The translations under genes were made by a program, and so were the position numbers. Shown here piece by piece: positions 20,036 to 29,347 of a stretch of DNA of 64,000 nucleotides; the stretch's first letter is position 1; each line of letters begins with the position of its first letter. Source of the DNA: an uncultured Thermoanaerobaculia bacterium (GTDB taxonomy: Bacteria > Acidobacteriota > Thermoanaerobaculia > Thermoanaerobaculales > Sulfomarinibacteraceae); assembly GCA_964440565.1 (NCBI GenBank), contig CAYTTB010000004.1, positions 33,260 to 97,259 of the forward strand, in the 5' to 3' direction. The notes beneath the pieces were generated by a model. The model was not told the DNA's origin. It saw only the letters and a list, made by a program, of their open reading frames with translations, and did not search any database.

Positions 20036-20734
20036 TCAGGCCTCCTCGGACTCCTCCTCGGCGGCCTTGCCCTTCCGGATCAACTCGGGCTCCTCCTGCT
20101 CCACGATCAAGGTGCTCGCCTCGGCCTCACCCCCGAGCTCCTCGCCCTCCACCACCTTCGCGCCGCGCGGCGCCTCGATGGTGACCACGACCCGGTGCGG
20201 GTCGTCCAGGAGACGCGCCGAGCTGGGAAGCAGCGGCTCGAGGTCGCCCACGGTGAGATGATCCTCGAGGTCGAGCTCGGAGATGTCCACCTCGATCTTC
20301 TCGGGAAGCTCGCGCGGGAGGACCTCGATCTCCACCTCGCGGGTCTGGAAGTCGAGCAGGCCTCCGTGGCGAACGCCCACGCTGTCGCCCACGAGCTCGA
20401 TGGGGACGCGCACCGTCAGCTTGTGCCCGCGCACCACGCGGATGAAGTCGATGTGGAGGAAGCGGCGCGTGATGGGATCGACCTGGATCTCCCTGATCAT
20501 CGCCCGGCGCTCGTGCTTCGTCCCCTTGAGCTTGAGCAGGAAGATCGTGTTCTCGCCCGTCTCCTGGGCGAGGATGTCGCCGATCGCCTTCTCGTCCACC
20601 ACGATGGGCACCGGATCCTTGCCCCCGCCGTAGACGATGGCGGGGATCTTCCCCTGGCGCCGCAGCTTCTTCACCCGTTCCTTGCCGAGGTCCTCGCGAC
20701 GCTCGACCGTCAGCACGATGTCCGCAGTCTCCAT
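20036..20734 (-). CDS. rplY: 50S ribosomal protein L25 / general stress protein Ctc
   Basis: LTVERREDLGKERVKKLRRQGKIPAIVYGGGKDP... plus an acidic C-terminal tail. Lies between prs and pth, as in many bacteria. Confidence 0.9.
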   Translation of the reverse strand: METADIVLTVERREDLGKERVKKLRRQGKIPAIVYGGGKDPVPIVVDEKAIGDILAQETGENTIFLLKLKGTKHERRAMIREIQVDPITRRFLHIDFIRVVRGHKLTVRVPIELVGDSVGVRHGGLLDFQTREVEIEVLPRELPEKIEVDISELDLEDHLTVGDLEPLLPSSARLLDDPHRVVVTIEAPRGAKVVEGEELGGEAEASTLIVEQEEPELIRKGKAAEEESEEA

Positions 20735-20753
20735 TCCGTCGTCTCCCTTCCCG

Positions 20754-21701
20754 TCACACGAACAGGCTCGACACCGACGCGCCCTCGTGGATGCGCCGGA
20801 TCGCCTCCCCCAGCAGCACGGCCACGGAGAGCTGGCGGATCCGGCGGCACCCGCGCGCCTCCTCGTGGAGGGCCAGGGTGTCGGTGACCAGCACCTGCTC
20901 GAGCCGGCTCTCGTTGATCCTCCCGATGGCGGGGCCGGAGAGCACCGGATGCACCCCCGCCGCGTACACCGACCGGGCGCCGCGCTCGAGCAGCGCCTCG
21001 GCCGTCTTGGTCAGCGTCCCCGCGGTGTCGATGATGTCGTCCACGATGACGCAGTCGCGCCCATCCACCTCGCCGATGACGTTCATGATCTCGGCCCGGT
21101 TCGCCTCGGGGCGGCGCTTGTCCATGATCGCCAGGTCCGCCTTGAGCCGCTTGGCGTACGCCCGGGCCCGCTCCACCCCCCCCGCGTCCGGCGACACCAG
21201 CGTCAGCCGCTCGAGTCCGAGCCCCCGGATCGCCTCGATGAGCACCGGTGCCGCGTACAGGTGGTCCACGGGAATGTCGAAGAACCCCTGGATCTGCGAG
21301 GCGTGCAGGTCGATGGTGAGAACCCGGTTGGCCCCCGCCGAGGTGATGAGGTTGGCCACCAGCTTGGCGGTGATGGGCACCCGCGGCGCGTCCTTGCGGT
21401 CCTGGCGCGCGTACCCGTAGTACGGGATCACGGCGGTGATGCGCGTGGGCGACGCGCGCCGGAACGCGTCCAGCATGATGAGGAGCTCCATGAGCGACTC
21501 GTTCGCGGGCGGACCCGTGGGCTGGACCAGGAACACGTCCGCACCCCGGACGTTGTCCTCGATCCGGCAGAAGATCTCGCCGTCGGAGAAGTTCCCCAGG
21601 CGGATCTCCCCCTCGGGGATCTGCAGGTACTCGCAGATCGCCCGTGTCAGCGCCGGGTGGGCCCGGCCCGAGAAGACGAGCAACGGATGTTCCTTGAGCA
21701 T
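20754..21701 (-). CDS. prs: ribose-phosphate pyrophosphokinase
   Basis: 315 aa. VIPYYGYARQDRK, DLHASQIQGFFDIPVDHL, CVIVDDIIDTAGTL. Confidence 0.95.
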   Translation of the reverse strand: MLKEHPLLVFSGRAHPALTRAICEYLQIPEGEIRLGNFSDGEIFCRIEDNVRGADVFLVQPTGPPANESLMELLIMLDAFRRASPTRITAVIPYYGYARQDRKDAPRVPITAKLVANLITSAGANRVLTIDLHASQIQGFFDIPVDHLYAAPVLIEAIRGLGLERLTLVSPDAGGVERARAYAKRLKADLAIMDKRRPEANRAEIMNVIGEVDGRDCVIVDDIIDTAGTLTKTAEALLERGARSVYAAGVHPVLSGPAIGRINESRLEQVLVTDTLALHEEARGCRRIRQLSVAVLLGEAIRRIHEGASVSSLFV

Positions 21702-21716
21702 CTCGCCTCGAGCTCC

Positions 21717-21791
21717 TGGCTGGGGCGGCAGGATTCGAACCTGCGATCGCCGGTTCCAAAGACCGGTGGCATACCGCTTGCCGACGCCCCA
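21717..21791 (-). tRNA. tRNA-Gln (anticodon UUG), CCA encoded
   Basis: The reverse complement folds by hand as a cloverleaf: acceptor UGGGGCG/CGCCCCA, D-arm GGCA-AGCGGUA-UGCC, anticodon arm CCGGU-CUUUGGA-ACCGG, T-arm GCAGG-UUCGAAU-CCUGC, discriminator G, then CCA. Confidence 0.9.
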
Positions 21792-21845
21792 GGGCGGCGC
21801 GAAGTATACCTCAAGCGTGGCGCCGGCCGCCCGGTTCCGTCGCGG

Positions 21846-22247
21846 TCACTCCTTCCGCCCCCCGTCCTCCCTGGATCCGCCGCCGCGTCCCCCGTCGCGG
21901 ACCCAGAAGTCGTCGGAGAGCAGGCGCCTCGCGAGCCGGTCGATCGGCGACAGCTTCGCGTCCTCCTCCCCGGAGCTCGGCACCGCGCGGCTCGCCACCG
22001 ACTCCCGGAAGGCGGCGAGGACACGCTCCTCGATCCGTCGCCGCGTCTCGCTGTTGAGGGGATGCGCGATGTCGCGCCGCTGGCCGTTCCTCGCCTTGCG
22101 GGTCGGCATGGACACCATCAGCTGCCCGTCCCGGCTCTCCACGATCCTCAGGTCGTTCACCACGAAGCAGTCGTCGATGACGATGCTCGCGAACGCGCGC
22201 ACCTTCCCGCCCTTGCTGGGCGAGATCCGCACCTCGGTGATCTCCAT
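21846..22247 (-). CDS. spoVG: SpoVG-family protein
   Basis: Internal ATG (CAT 22245-22247) of ORF 21846..22583. MEITEVRISPSKGGKVRAFASIVIDDCFVVNDLRIVESRDGQLMVSMPTRK...DIAHPLNSETR. Confidence 0.9.
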   Translation of the reverse strand: MEITEVRISPSKGGKVRAFASIVIDDCFVVNDLRIVESRDGQLMVSMPTRKARNGQRRDIAHPLNSETRRRIEERVLAAFRESVASRAVPSSGEEDAKLSPIDRLARRLLSDDFWVRDGGRGGGSREDGGRKE

Positions 22248-22273
22248 CTGCCCCGACCTCCAGCTCTGCCGAA

Positions 22274-23155
22274 CTACGCGGGGCGGGGCCCGGCGGCCGC
22301 GCGCGGCAACGTGCGCCCCACGTACGTCCCCGCGGCGCCGGCCGAGATCGCCGATCGCGCCGCCGCCCGTGCACGCTCCCGCGAGCGGAACAGACCGAAC
22401 ACCGCCGACCCGGAGCCGCTCACCGCCGCGCGCAGCGCACCGGCCGCCCGCATCGCGCCGAGCAGGGCGCCCACCGCCGGCACCATCGCGGCGGCCACCG
22501 GCTCGAGGTCGTTCCGCATGGCCCCCCACGGCGGCTCCGCGCCGCGGGCGACCGCGAACACCGTACCGCTCGGACGGCCCCACGTCAACGGGGCGTCGAG
22601 CCGCCGGTACGCCTCGGCGGTGGCGACGGGGGTCTCCGGCCAGGCGATGGCCACCTCCAGCGGCTCGAGGTCCGGAAGCGGCACCACCTCGTCACCCCGC
22701 CCGTACCCCACCGCCAGGCCGCCCAGGAGGAAGAACGGGACGTCCGCACCCAGCTCCGCCGCGATCCGCGCGAGCCCACCGTCATCCATCGCGAGGCCCC
22801 ACAGCTCGCGCAGCAGGAGAAGCGCCGCCGCCGCGTCGGACGAGCCACCGCCCAGCCCCGCCCCGGCCGGGATCCGCTTGACCAGCTCGAGCTCCGCCCC
22901 GGCGTCGCACCCGGCAGCCCCGCGCAGCGCCTCTGCAGCGCGGAGCACCAGGTTCCCGCCGTCCGCGGGCGCCGAGCCCTCCGGCTCCACCCTGAGCACG
23001 AGCCGGCCGCCGGGCGCGGGCCGGGCCGCGAGCGTGTCCGCGAGGTCCACCGTCTGCAGGAGGGTGCGCACCTCGTGGTACCCGTCCGGCCGCCGGCCCA
23101 GCACCTCGAGGTGAAGGTTGATCTTCGCCGGAGCCCGTACCGTCAGCGTCCTCAC
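22274..23155 (-). CDS. ispE: 4-diphosphocytidyl-2-C-methyl-D-erythritol kinase
   Basis: APAKINLHLEVLGRRPDGYHEV...KRIPAGAGLGGGSSDAAA...GSGSAVFG. GTG start 23155 overlaps the upstream stop (GTGA). Confidence 0.9.
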   Translation of the reverse strand: MRTLTVRAPAKINLHLEVLGRRPDGYHEVRTLLQTVDLADTLAARPAPGGRLVLRVEPEGSAPADGGNLVLRAAEALRGAAGCDAGAELELVKRIPAGAGLGGGSSDAAAALLLLRELWGLAMDDGGLARIAAELGADVPFFLLGGLAVGYGRGDEVVPLPDLEPLEVAIAWPETPVATAEAYRRLDAPLTWGRPSGTVFAVARGAEPPWGAMRNDLEPVAAAMVPAVGALLGAMRAAGALRAAVSGSGSAVFGLFRSRERARAAARSAISAGAAGTYVGRTLPRAAAGPRPA

Positions 23156-23838
23156 CGCGAGCCTCCGCGGGGGCACGGGGGGAGATCGGGAAGCGGCGGC
23201 AGCGCGCCGCCGCCCCACTCCAGGCGGACCAGCCGGAGCTCGAACCACTCCCCGTCCGCCCGCTCCACGCGCACCCATCCCGGCACCGCTGCCGTGTGCT
23301 CCCCGAGCTCGATGCGCCACCCCGAGAGACCCTCCATCCGCGTCACGCGCCACGGCGGGCCGGCCACCACCACCCTCGCAGCCCAGCCCCGCCCCTCGAG
23401 CTCGAGGAGACCGGCGTGCGGCTCCACCGGCACCACCTCCCCGCCGGGAAGCCTCCCGGCCAGCAGCCGGAGCGCCGCCCCGGGCGGCAGGACCCCGAGG
23501 CCGGTGATGCGGGAGAGAACCTCGGGCGAGGCGGTGCAGCCGGCCTGGAGGTCCACCACGACCAGCTCGCCCGAAGACCACTCGGCCGCCAGGACCGTCC
23601 CGCCCAGCTGGCGCGAAACGGTCAGCCGGCCGGCCTCCGGGGTCCCCACCACGGCCAGCCGCAGGCCGCCGCTCTCCGCCACCCGCAGCCGGTAGAGGGC
23701 CGCCATCCGGCCGGGCAGCGGGCGCTGGAGCGCCCGCACGGCCGCGTCGAGATCCACGGCCCGCGGAGCCCGCCCGGCCGTGGCGCAGGCGGCCGCGACC
23801 CCCGCGAGCGCCAGCACGAGAAGCTCACCGCCCCGCAC
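23152..23838 (-). CDS. putative outer-membrane lipoprotein, LolB-like by position
   Basis: GTG at 23838 gives the signal/lipobox LLVLALAGVAAAC. Called mainly from the conserved lolB-ispE-prs gene order known from E. coli. Sequence similarity not verifiable by eye. Confidence 0.4.
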   Translation of the reverse strand: MRGGELLVLALAGVAAACATAGRAPRAVDLDAAVRALQRPLPGRMAALYRLRVAESGGLRLAVVGTPEAGRLTVSRQLGGTVLAAEWSSGELVVVDLQAGCTASPEVLSRITGLGVLPPGAALRLLAGRLPGGEVVPVEPHAGLLELEGRGWAARVVVAGPPWRVTRMEGLSGWRIELGEHTAAVPGWVRVERADGEWFELRLVRLEWGGGALPPLPDLPPCPRGGSR

Positions 23839-25750
23839 GGCCAAGGCTCCCGAGCAGCTCGCGCACGTGCTCCGGGTGCTCGCAGCCGAGATCCAGCGCC
23901 CGCTCGAGGTAGCGGCGCGCCTCGTCGCTCTTCCCGCGCGCGAGCAACACCTCGCCCAGGTGCGCCAGCACCGTGCCGTCGGTCGCACCGAGCTCGAGCG
24001 CCCGTCGCAGCCACCGCTCCGCCTCCTCGAGGTGCCCGAGGCGGTAATGCACCCACCCCAGCGAGTCGAGGTAGGCGGGCACCCCCGGCTCGAGCTCCAC
24101 CGCGCGCCGGATCAGCTCGAGCGCCCGCTCCAGGTTCCGCCCCCGGTCGGCCCACATGTACCCCAGGTAGTTGGCCACCGCCGCGTCGTCCGGGTCCTCC
24201 TCGAGCAGCTTCTCGAACACCGCCGCGGCCTCGTCGTGCCGCCCCAGCCGCTCCAGCGCCGCCGCCCTCGCGAACCTGAGGCCGCGGTGACCGGGGAACC
24301 GCTCGAGCGCTCGCCCGGCGAGGTCGAGCACCTCGTCCCACCGCTCGAGACCCTGGAGGGCGTCCACCGCCACCAGGACGCCCTCCAGGTCGCCCTTCTC
24401 CACCACCCGCTCCAGCGTCCGCAGCCCCTCCCGATCGCCGTCCCTGAGGCGCAGCTCCCCCTCGAGCGCCGACGCCACCCACCGCGCCTCCGGCCGGAGG
24501 TCGGGTTCGAGGCGCAGCAGCGCCGCGACTCCCTCCCGGAACTCGCCCCGCCGGCGGTAGGTCTCGGCGAGCAGCAGGGGGAGATCGGTCCCCGCCAGGC
24601 GCGGCACGGCGATCCGCCCGAGCCACCCCCGCGCCGCACCCGGGCGATCCGCCGCGAGCTCGAGCCGCGCCCCTGCCAGGCAGACCTGGACGCCCATCGG
24701 CGTGCGGCCTCCGTCGCCCGCCCGCCGCCAGGCGATCTCGAGCTCGCGACGCGCCCGGTCCACCTCCCCCTCGGCCACGAGCATCGAGGCGAGCACGATG
24801 CGCGGCCCCGCCTCGTCCGGGTGCGCTCTCAGGAACTCCTCGAGGCGCGCCATCGCCCGTCGCCGGCGGCCCATCCGCTGAAGCGCCTCCGCCTCGAGCA
24901 TCGCCGCCCTGGGCTCGTCCGGGGCGGCGCGCGCGGCGGAACGGGCCGCCTCCAGGGCACGGTCCGGCCGCCCGCCGTCGAGCAGGTGCGAGGCCGCCTG
25001 GAGGAGGCGCTCCACGTCGCGTGCGCCCCCGGTGGCGAGGAGCAGCTCCCCCGCCTCCGCCGGGCGTCCGGTCTCCAGGTACAGACGCTCCAGCTCGTCC
25101 ACGCACTGGGGGAACGCGCGCGGCGGCTCGGCGCAGGCGCGAAGCGCCGCCTCGGCCTCCGGCGTGCGGCCGAGAGCGCGCAGCGCCCGCGCGTGGAGGA
25201 TGGCGAGCCTCGGGCTGCCGGGCCGGTAGCGGCGCAGGCCGGCGAGGATGCGCTCGGCGCGCGCGGGCCGGCCGGCGGCGAGGAGCACGGTCGCGAGTTC
25301 GGCGTGCAGCTGGGCGTCGTCGGGACGCGCCGCCGCCACCTCGGCGAGCACCTTCTCGGCCCGCGGGAGCAGCGACCGGTCGGAGCGCGCCGCCTGTGCC
25401 AGCGCCAGCGCCAGCGTCCGCCGTCCGTACCAGTCCAGCTGCTCCTCGTACCCGGCGAGCGTCCGGAGCGCTGCCGGCCCCATGCCCAGGTCCACTTGCA
25501 GCGCGGCGTAGCTGATCCGGATCTCCACGTTGTCCGGCTCCGCCTCGAGCGCCCTCCGGTACAGCGCGAGCGCCCGCTGCACGTCGTTCGCGGCCTCGGC
25601 CACCCGGGCGTCCAGGAACGCCTCGAGCCCCGGCGGCAGGCCCTCGGGACCGCCGCCCAGCGCCAGGCCAGGCGCAAGGACCAGCCACAGTGCGGCGATC
25701 GCGAGGCAGCGCCTCGCCGCCGAGTCGCGCGCGCGGGCCGCCGTGTTCAT
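23825..25750 (-). CDS. secreted tetratricopeptide (TPR) repeat protein
   Basis: Start at ATG 25750 (MNTAARARDSAARRCLAIAALWLVLAPGLALG signal). Many TPR-like units (A..Y..AL...P......LG..Y...G....A). ATGA overlap with exbD. Confidence 0.8.
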   Translation of the reverse strand: MNTAARARDSAARRCLAIAALWLVLAPGLALGGGPEGLPPGLEAFLDARVAEAANDVQRALALYRRALEAEPDNVEIRISYAALQVDLGMGPAALRTLAGYEEQLDWYGRRTLALALAQAARSDRSLLPRAEKVLAEVAAARPDDAQLHAELATVLLAAGRPARAERILAGLRRYRPGSPRLAILHARALRALGRTPEAEAALRACAEPPRAFPQCVDELERLYLETGRPAEAGELLLATGGARDVERLLQAASHLLDGGRPDRALEAARSAARAAPDEPRAAMLEAEALQRMGRRRRAMARLEEFLRAHPDEAGPRIVLASMLVAEGEVDRARRELEIAWRRAGDGGRTPMGVQVCLAGARLELAADRPGAARGWLGRIAVPRLAGTDLPLLLAETYRRRGEFREGVAALLRLEPDLRPEARWVASALEGELRLRDGDREGLRTLERVVEKGDLEGVLVAVDALQGLERWDEVLDLAGRALERFPGHRGLRFARAAALERLGRHDEAAAVFEKLLEEDPDDAAVANYLGYMWADRGRNLERALELIRRAVELEPGVPAYLDSLGWVHYRLGHLEEAERWLRRALELGATDGTVLAHLGEVLLARGKSDEARRYLERALDLGCEHPEHVRELLGSLGRAGR

Positions 25751-26175
25751 CCGCCCCCCTCGGCGGGCCGCACGGCCGACATCTGGATGGTGGTGGCGCC
25801 CGCGGCCCGCGCGAGGTCGAGCACCCGCACCACCACTCCGTAGTCCGCCTGGCGGTCGCCCTTCAGGATCACGGTCCGCTCCGGCGCGCGCTCCACGATC
25901 CGCGCGATCTCCCGCTCGAGCTCCCCCTCCGGCACCCGGCGCTGGTCCACCCACACCGAGCCGTCCGCCGCCACCGTGATCACCGGCGGCCGCTTCTCGG
26001 CGCCGCGCCCCACGTTCTCCGCCGTCCTCGCCTCGGGGAGCTTCAGCCGCAGGCGCTGGTCGGTGACGAACTGGGTGGTCACGGCGTAGAAGATCAGCAG
26101 CAGGAAGATCACGTCGATGAGCGGCGCCATCGTCACCTCGGGCTTGCGCCCGCCGAGCCGTCTCCCCAGCCTCAC
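25747..26175 (-). CDS. exbD: ExbD/TolR-family biopolymer transport protein
   Basis: GTG 26175 (GTGA overlap with exbB). KPEVTMAPLIDVIFLLLIFYAVT...VILKGDRQADYGVVVRVLDLARAAG. Confidence 0.85.
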   Translation of the reverse strand: MRLGRRLGGRKPEVTMAPLIDVIFLLLIFYAVTTQFVTDQRLRLKLPEARTAENVGRGAEKRPPVITVAADGSVWVDQRRVPEGELEREIARIVERAPERTVILKGDRQADYGVVVRVLDLARAAGATTIQMSAVRPAEGGG

Positions 26176-26792
26176 GGAGCCTCCCCGGCCCTCGGCCGCC
26201 GCACCAGGTGCATGTAGTCGAGCAGCTGGCGCTCGATCTCCTCCAGGATCCCCACCGCCCTGGCCTCCAGGTAGGAGTGCACGAACAGCGTGGGGATGGC
26301 GATGATGAGGCCCGCCGCCGTGGTGATGAGCGCCTGCGCGATCCCCGCGGAGAGCTGCTCCGCCACCTGGGTGCCCGCCGATGCCACCACGGTGAAGACC
26401 TCGATCATGCCCACGACGGTCCCCAGCAGGCCCAGGAGCGGCGCACCGGAGACGATGGTGGCCAGCGCCCCGAGGCCCCTCTGGAGACCCGAGAGCTGGT
26501 GCCGGCCGGTGTCCTCCAGGATCTCGCGCAGCTCGTCGTACGGCGCCTCGCGGTTCTCCACCAACGCCGCCACCAGCTCGGTGAACGGGCCGGGATGACG
26601 GCGGCAGAACTCGAGAGCAGCGCCGTACTCCCGCTGTGCCAGGAGGTTGGAGAGGGTGTTGAGCACCTCCTGGCGGAGGAAGCGGCCCCGGCGCAGGACC
26701 CACAGCCGCTCCACCACGATGGCGACCGCCGCCAGCGACAGCGCCACCAGCGGGATCATCACCGGTCCGCCTGCGTACAGGATGTCGATCAT
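26172..26792 (-). CDS. exbB: MotA/TolQ/ExbB proton-channel family protein
   Basis: 206 aa. GAPLLGLLGTVVGMIEVF...GIAQALITTAAGLIIAIP. Confidence 0.9.
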   Translation of the reverse strand: MIDILYAGGPVMIPLVALSLAAVAIVVERLWVLRRGRFLRQEVLNTLSNLLAQREYGAALEFCRRHPGPFTELVAALVENREAPYDELREILEDTGRHQLSGLQRGLGALATIVSGAPLLGLLGTVVGMIEVFTVVASAGTQVAEQLSAGIAQALITTAAGLIIAIPTLFVHSYLEARAVGILEEIERQLLDYMHLVRRPRAGEAP

Positions 26793-26808
26793 CGAAGAAG
26801 CTCCTCGC

Positions 26809-27786
26809 TCACCGGTCCCAGTCCGGGGGGTGGGTATTGTAGTAGAAGGTGATGGTGACGCCCTCCCGCTCCACCCCCGAGAGGTCCGAGGGCAGCGGAT
26901 CGAAGGGCGACGACCGGGCGATGGCGTCTCGGGCCGCGAAGTCCATCGGCGGCTTGCCCGACTCGTCCAGGATCTGGAGGCCGCTCACCGTGCCGTCCCG
27001 CTCGATGTAGAACCGGATCTTCACCACCCCGGCCACGCCCAGCCTCGCGATCTCCGGAATGATCCAGTTGCGCCGGATCTTTCGCAGCATCTTGGCGGCG
27101 TACGGCCCCCAGTCGTACCAGCGGGTGTCGAAGGAGAGCGCCCCGGTGTCCACGCGCCCGCCCCTCCGGTCCGGGCTCTCGGGGAGACCACCCAGATCGG
27201 GGGGGAGCGCCTGGACGCCCGGAGGCGGCAGGCGGATCGCGGGCCGCGGCGCCGCCTCCGGCGCCGCCGGGACCTCCTCTCCGGCGCCGCGCTCGGTCAC
27301 CTCCGGGCGCTCCCGCGGCTCCTCGGCGCGGCGCCGGCGCTCCTCGGCCGGCGGTACCGGCCGCGGCCCCGGGCGCCGGGGAGGGGCGCCCCGCCCCGGC
27401 GTCTCGCCCCCCTCGGCCCGCACGATCTGGGGGGTCGTGCCCCGCACGCCGGGCCGCCGCGACCGCTGCTCGCCCCGGCCGCCGTGGGCGCGCCGGTCCA
27501 TGTCCGAGAGCGGCACCTTCCCGTCCTCCGGAGGGGTCTCCTCCGGCGTCGGGATGTCCACCAGCTCGAAGGTGAGCGGCTCGTTCTCCGGCGGGCGCTG
27601 CCGGATCGCCATCGCCTCCGCCAGGCGCGAGGACGCGGGCCACACCCTCCGCATCGCGGGCGCCAGGACGAAGATCAGGAGGAGGTGCAGCAGCAGCGAG
27701 ATCTCGAGCGCGCGCCGGAACACGGTGCGCTCCTCCACGGGGCCCGCCCGGCGTGGCCGTGCCCCGCCCACGAGGCGGCGCCCCAT
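26809..27786 (-). CDS. TonB-family energy transducer (TM, Pro-rich linker, TonB_C)
   Basis: Start taken at ATG 27786. TM LEISLLLHLLLIFVLAP. Pro/Glu/Arg-rich linker. C-terminus GVVKIRFYIERDGTVSGLQILDESGKPPMDFAARDAI. Upstream part of ORF 26809..28266 rejected. Confidence 0.75.
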   Translation of the reverse strand: MGRRLVGGARPRRAGPVEERTVFRRALEISLLLHLLLIFVLAPAMRRVWPASSRLAEAMAIRQRPPENEPLTFELVDIPTPEETPPEDGKVPLSDMDRRAHGGRGEQRSRRPGVRGTTPQIVRAEGGETPGRGAPPRRPGPRPVPPAEERRRRAEEPRERPEVTERGAGEEVPAAPEAAPRPAIRLPPPGVQALPPDLGGLPESPDRRGGRVDTGALSFDTRWYDWGPYAAKMLRKIRRNWIIPEIARLGVAGVVKIRFYIERDGTVSGLQILDESGKPPMDFAARDAIARSSPFDPLPSDLSGVEREGVTITFYYNTHPPDWDR

Positions 27787-27907
27787 CGCCCGCGCGGCCG
27801 CATCCAGCACCCGCCGGACCACCTCCGCACCGGAGCCGATCGCTCCCTTCACGCCCGACACCCTAGCAAGTCCCTTGCCGGCCCGCGAACCGGAGTACCA
27901 TGACGCC

Positions 27908-29347
27908 ATGAAGCGGACCCTGGCACCCACCGTCACCGCCTGCCTCCTCCTCCTCGCCGTCGCGGCCACCGCCCAGGAGGCGCCGCCGCGCGTGGACGAA
28001 CTCGTGGGGATCGCCCTCACCTCGCCCGAGCTGCGCGACGCCGCCCCCGAGCTTCTCGACCGCGTGGGCGGCCGCGTGACCGGTACGCCTGCGGGCGAGC
28101 GGGCCCAGGCGCTCGCCGAGCGCGTCCTCCGCCAGGCCGGCGTTCCCCTCGTTCGCCGCGAGCCGTTCGAGGTGCCGGTCTGGCGGCCCCGGCGGGTCAC
28201 GCTGGCGCTCGAGGAGCCGACGCGACAGCGGCTGCCCGCGCTCCCGCTGTGGAGCTCGGGCACCACCCAGCCGCAGGGGCTGGTGGCCCCGGTCGTGGAC
28301 GCCGGTCACGGCACGCCGGAGGAGCTGGCCGCGCTCGGCGAGCGGGTCGCGGGCGCCGCGGTGCTGGTGGGTCCCGGCGTCCCCGAGGGGCACCGGTGGC
28401 TCCACCGGAGCGAGAAGTACGCGGCCGCCGTCGCCGCCCGGGCGGCCGCCTTCCTGTACGCCCCCGAGGACCCGGAGGCTCCGGCTCGCGCGGGCACCGT
28501 CTCGCTCGAGGGGGCTCCAGGTTCCATCCCCGCCCTCTCCCTGGACGGTGCGGTGGGATCCCGTCTCCGCCGCCTGGCGGCGGAGGGGGGCTGTACCGTC
28601 CGCATCGTGCTGCTCGCCGACCGGGTGACGGGAACCGCCGCCAACGTCGTCGCCGACATCCCGGGCCGCCGTCCGGAGGAGATGGTCCTGGTGGGGGCGC
28701 ACCTCGACTCCTGGGACCTGGCGCAGGGGGCGTGGGACAACGGGGCCGGAACCCTGGTCCTGTGGCAGGCCGCGGCGGCCCTGGTCGCCTTCGGGCAGCG
28801 ACCGCTGCGTACGGTACGGTTCGTCTGCTTCATGGGAGAGGAGCAGGGCCTCCTCGGGTCCAAGGCGTACGTGGAGCGGCACCGCGCGGAGCTGGGGCGC
28901 ATCCGCGCCATGCTCAACCTCGACATGGTGGGCGAGCCCACCGGCTTCGGCGAGATGCTCCAGCCGGGGCTCGACCCCCTGCTCGAGCGCCTGGCGCGGC
29001 GGCTCGCGGGTCTCGGGCTGGCCACGAAGGTCGCCTCGCGCCCCGGGCTGTTCTCCGACCACGGCCCGTTCCTCCTCGCGGGGGTGCCAGTGGTGACGGT
29101 CCGCTCCCACCTGCCCGAGGCGGTGGGGCGTGCCTACCACAGCCGCCTCGACATCCGCGACCTCCTGGACGAGGGGATGTTGCAGCGCGCCGCCGCCGTC
29201 ACCTCCGCCCTGGTGTGGACGCTGGCCAACGCCGACCCGCTCCCCACCCGCCAGCTGGACCCCGCCGAGGCGCGGCGCCTCCTCGAGGAGGCCGACGTTC
29301 CCGCGGCGGCGATCGAGGGGGCGGTCCCCCACGCCTCCGGCTCGTGA
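27908..29347 (+). CDS. secreted M28-family aminopeptidase with PA domain
   Basis: ATG 27908 inside ORF 27059..29347. Signal peptide MKRTLAPTVTACLLLLAVAATAQE. Zn-ligand regions VLVGAHLDSWDLAQGAWDNGAG, FMGEEQGLLGS and DHGPFLLAGVP. Confidence 0.85.
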   Translation: MKRTLAPTVTACLLLLAVAATAQEAPPRVDELVGIALTSPELRDAAPELLDRVGGRVTGTPAGERAQALAERVLRQAGVPLVRREPFEVPVWRPRRVTLALEEPTRQRLPALPLWSSGTTQPQGLVAPVVDAGHGTPEELAALGERVAGAAVLVGPGVPEGHRWLHRSEKYAAAVAARAAAFLYAPEDPEAPARAGTVSLEGAPGSIPALSLDGAVGSRLRRLAAEGGCTVRIVLLADRVTGTAANVVADIPGRRPEEMVLVGAHLDSWDLAQGAWDNGAGTLVLWQAAAALVAFGQRPLRTVRFVCFMGEEQGLLGSKAYVERHRAELGRIRAMLNLDMVGEPTGFGEMLQPGLDPLLERLARRLAGLGLATKVASRPGLFSDHGPFLLAGVPVVTVRSHLPEAVGRAYHSRLDIRDLLDEGMLQRAAAVTSALVWTLANADPLPTRQLDPAEARRLLEEADVPAAAIEGAVPHASGS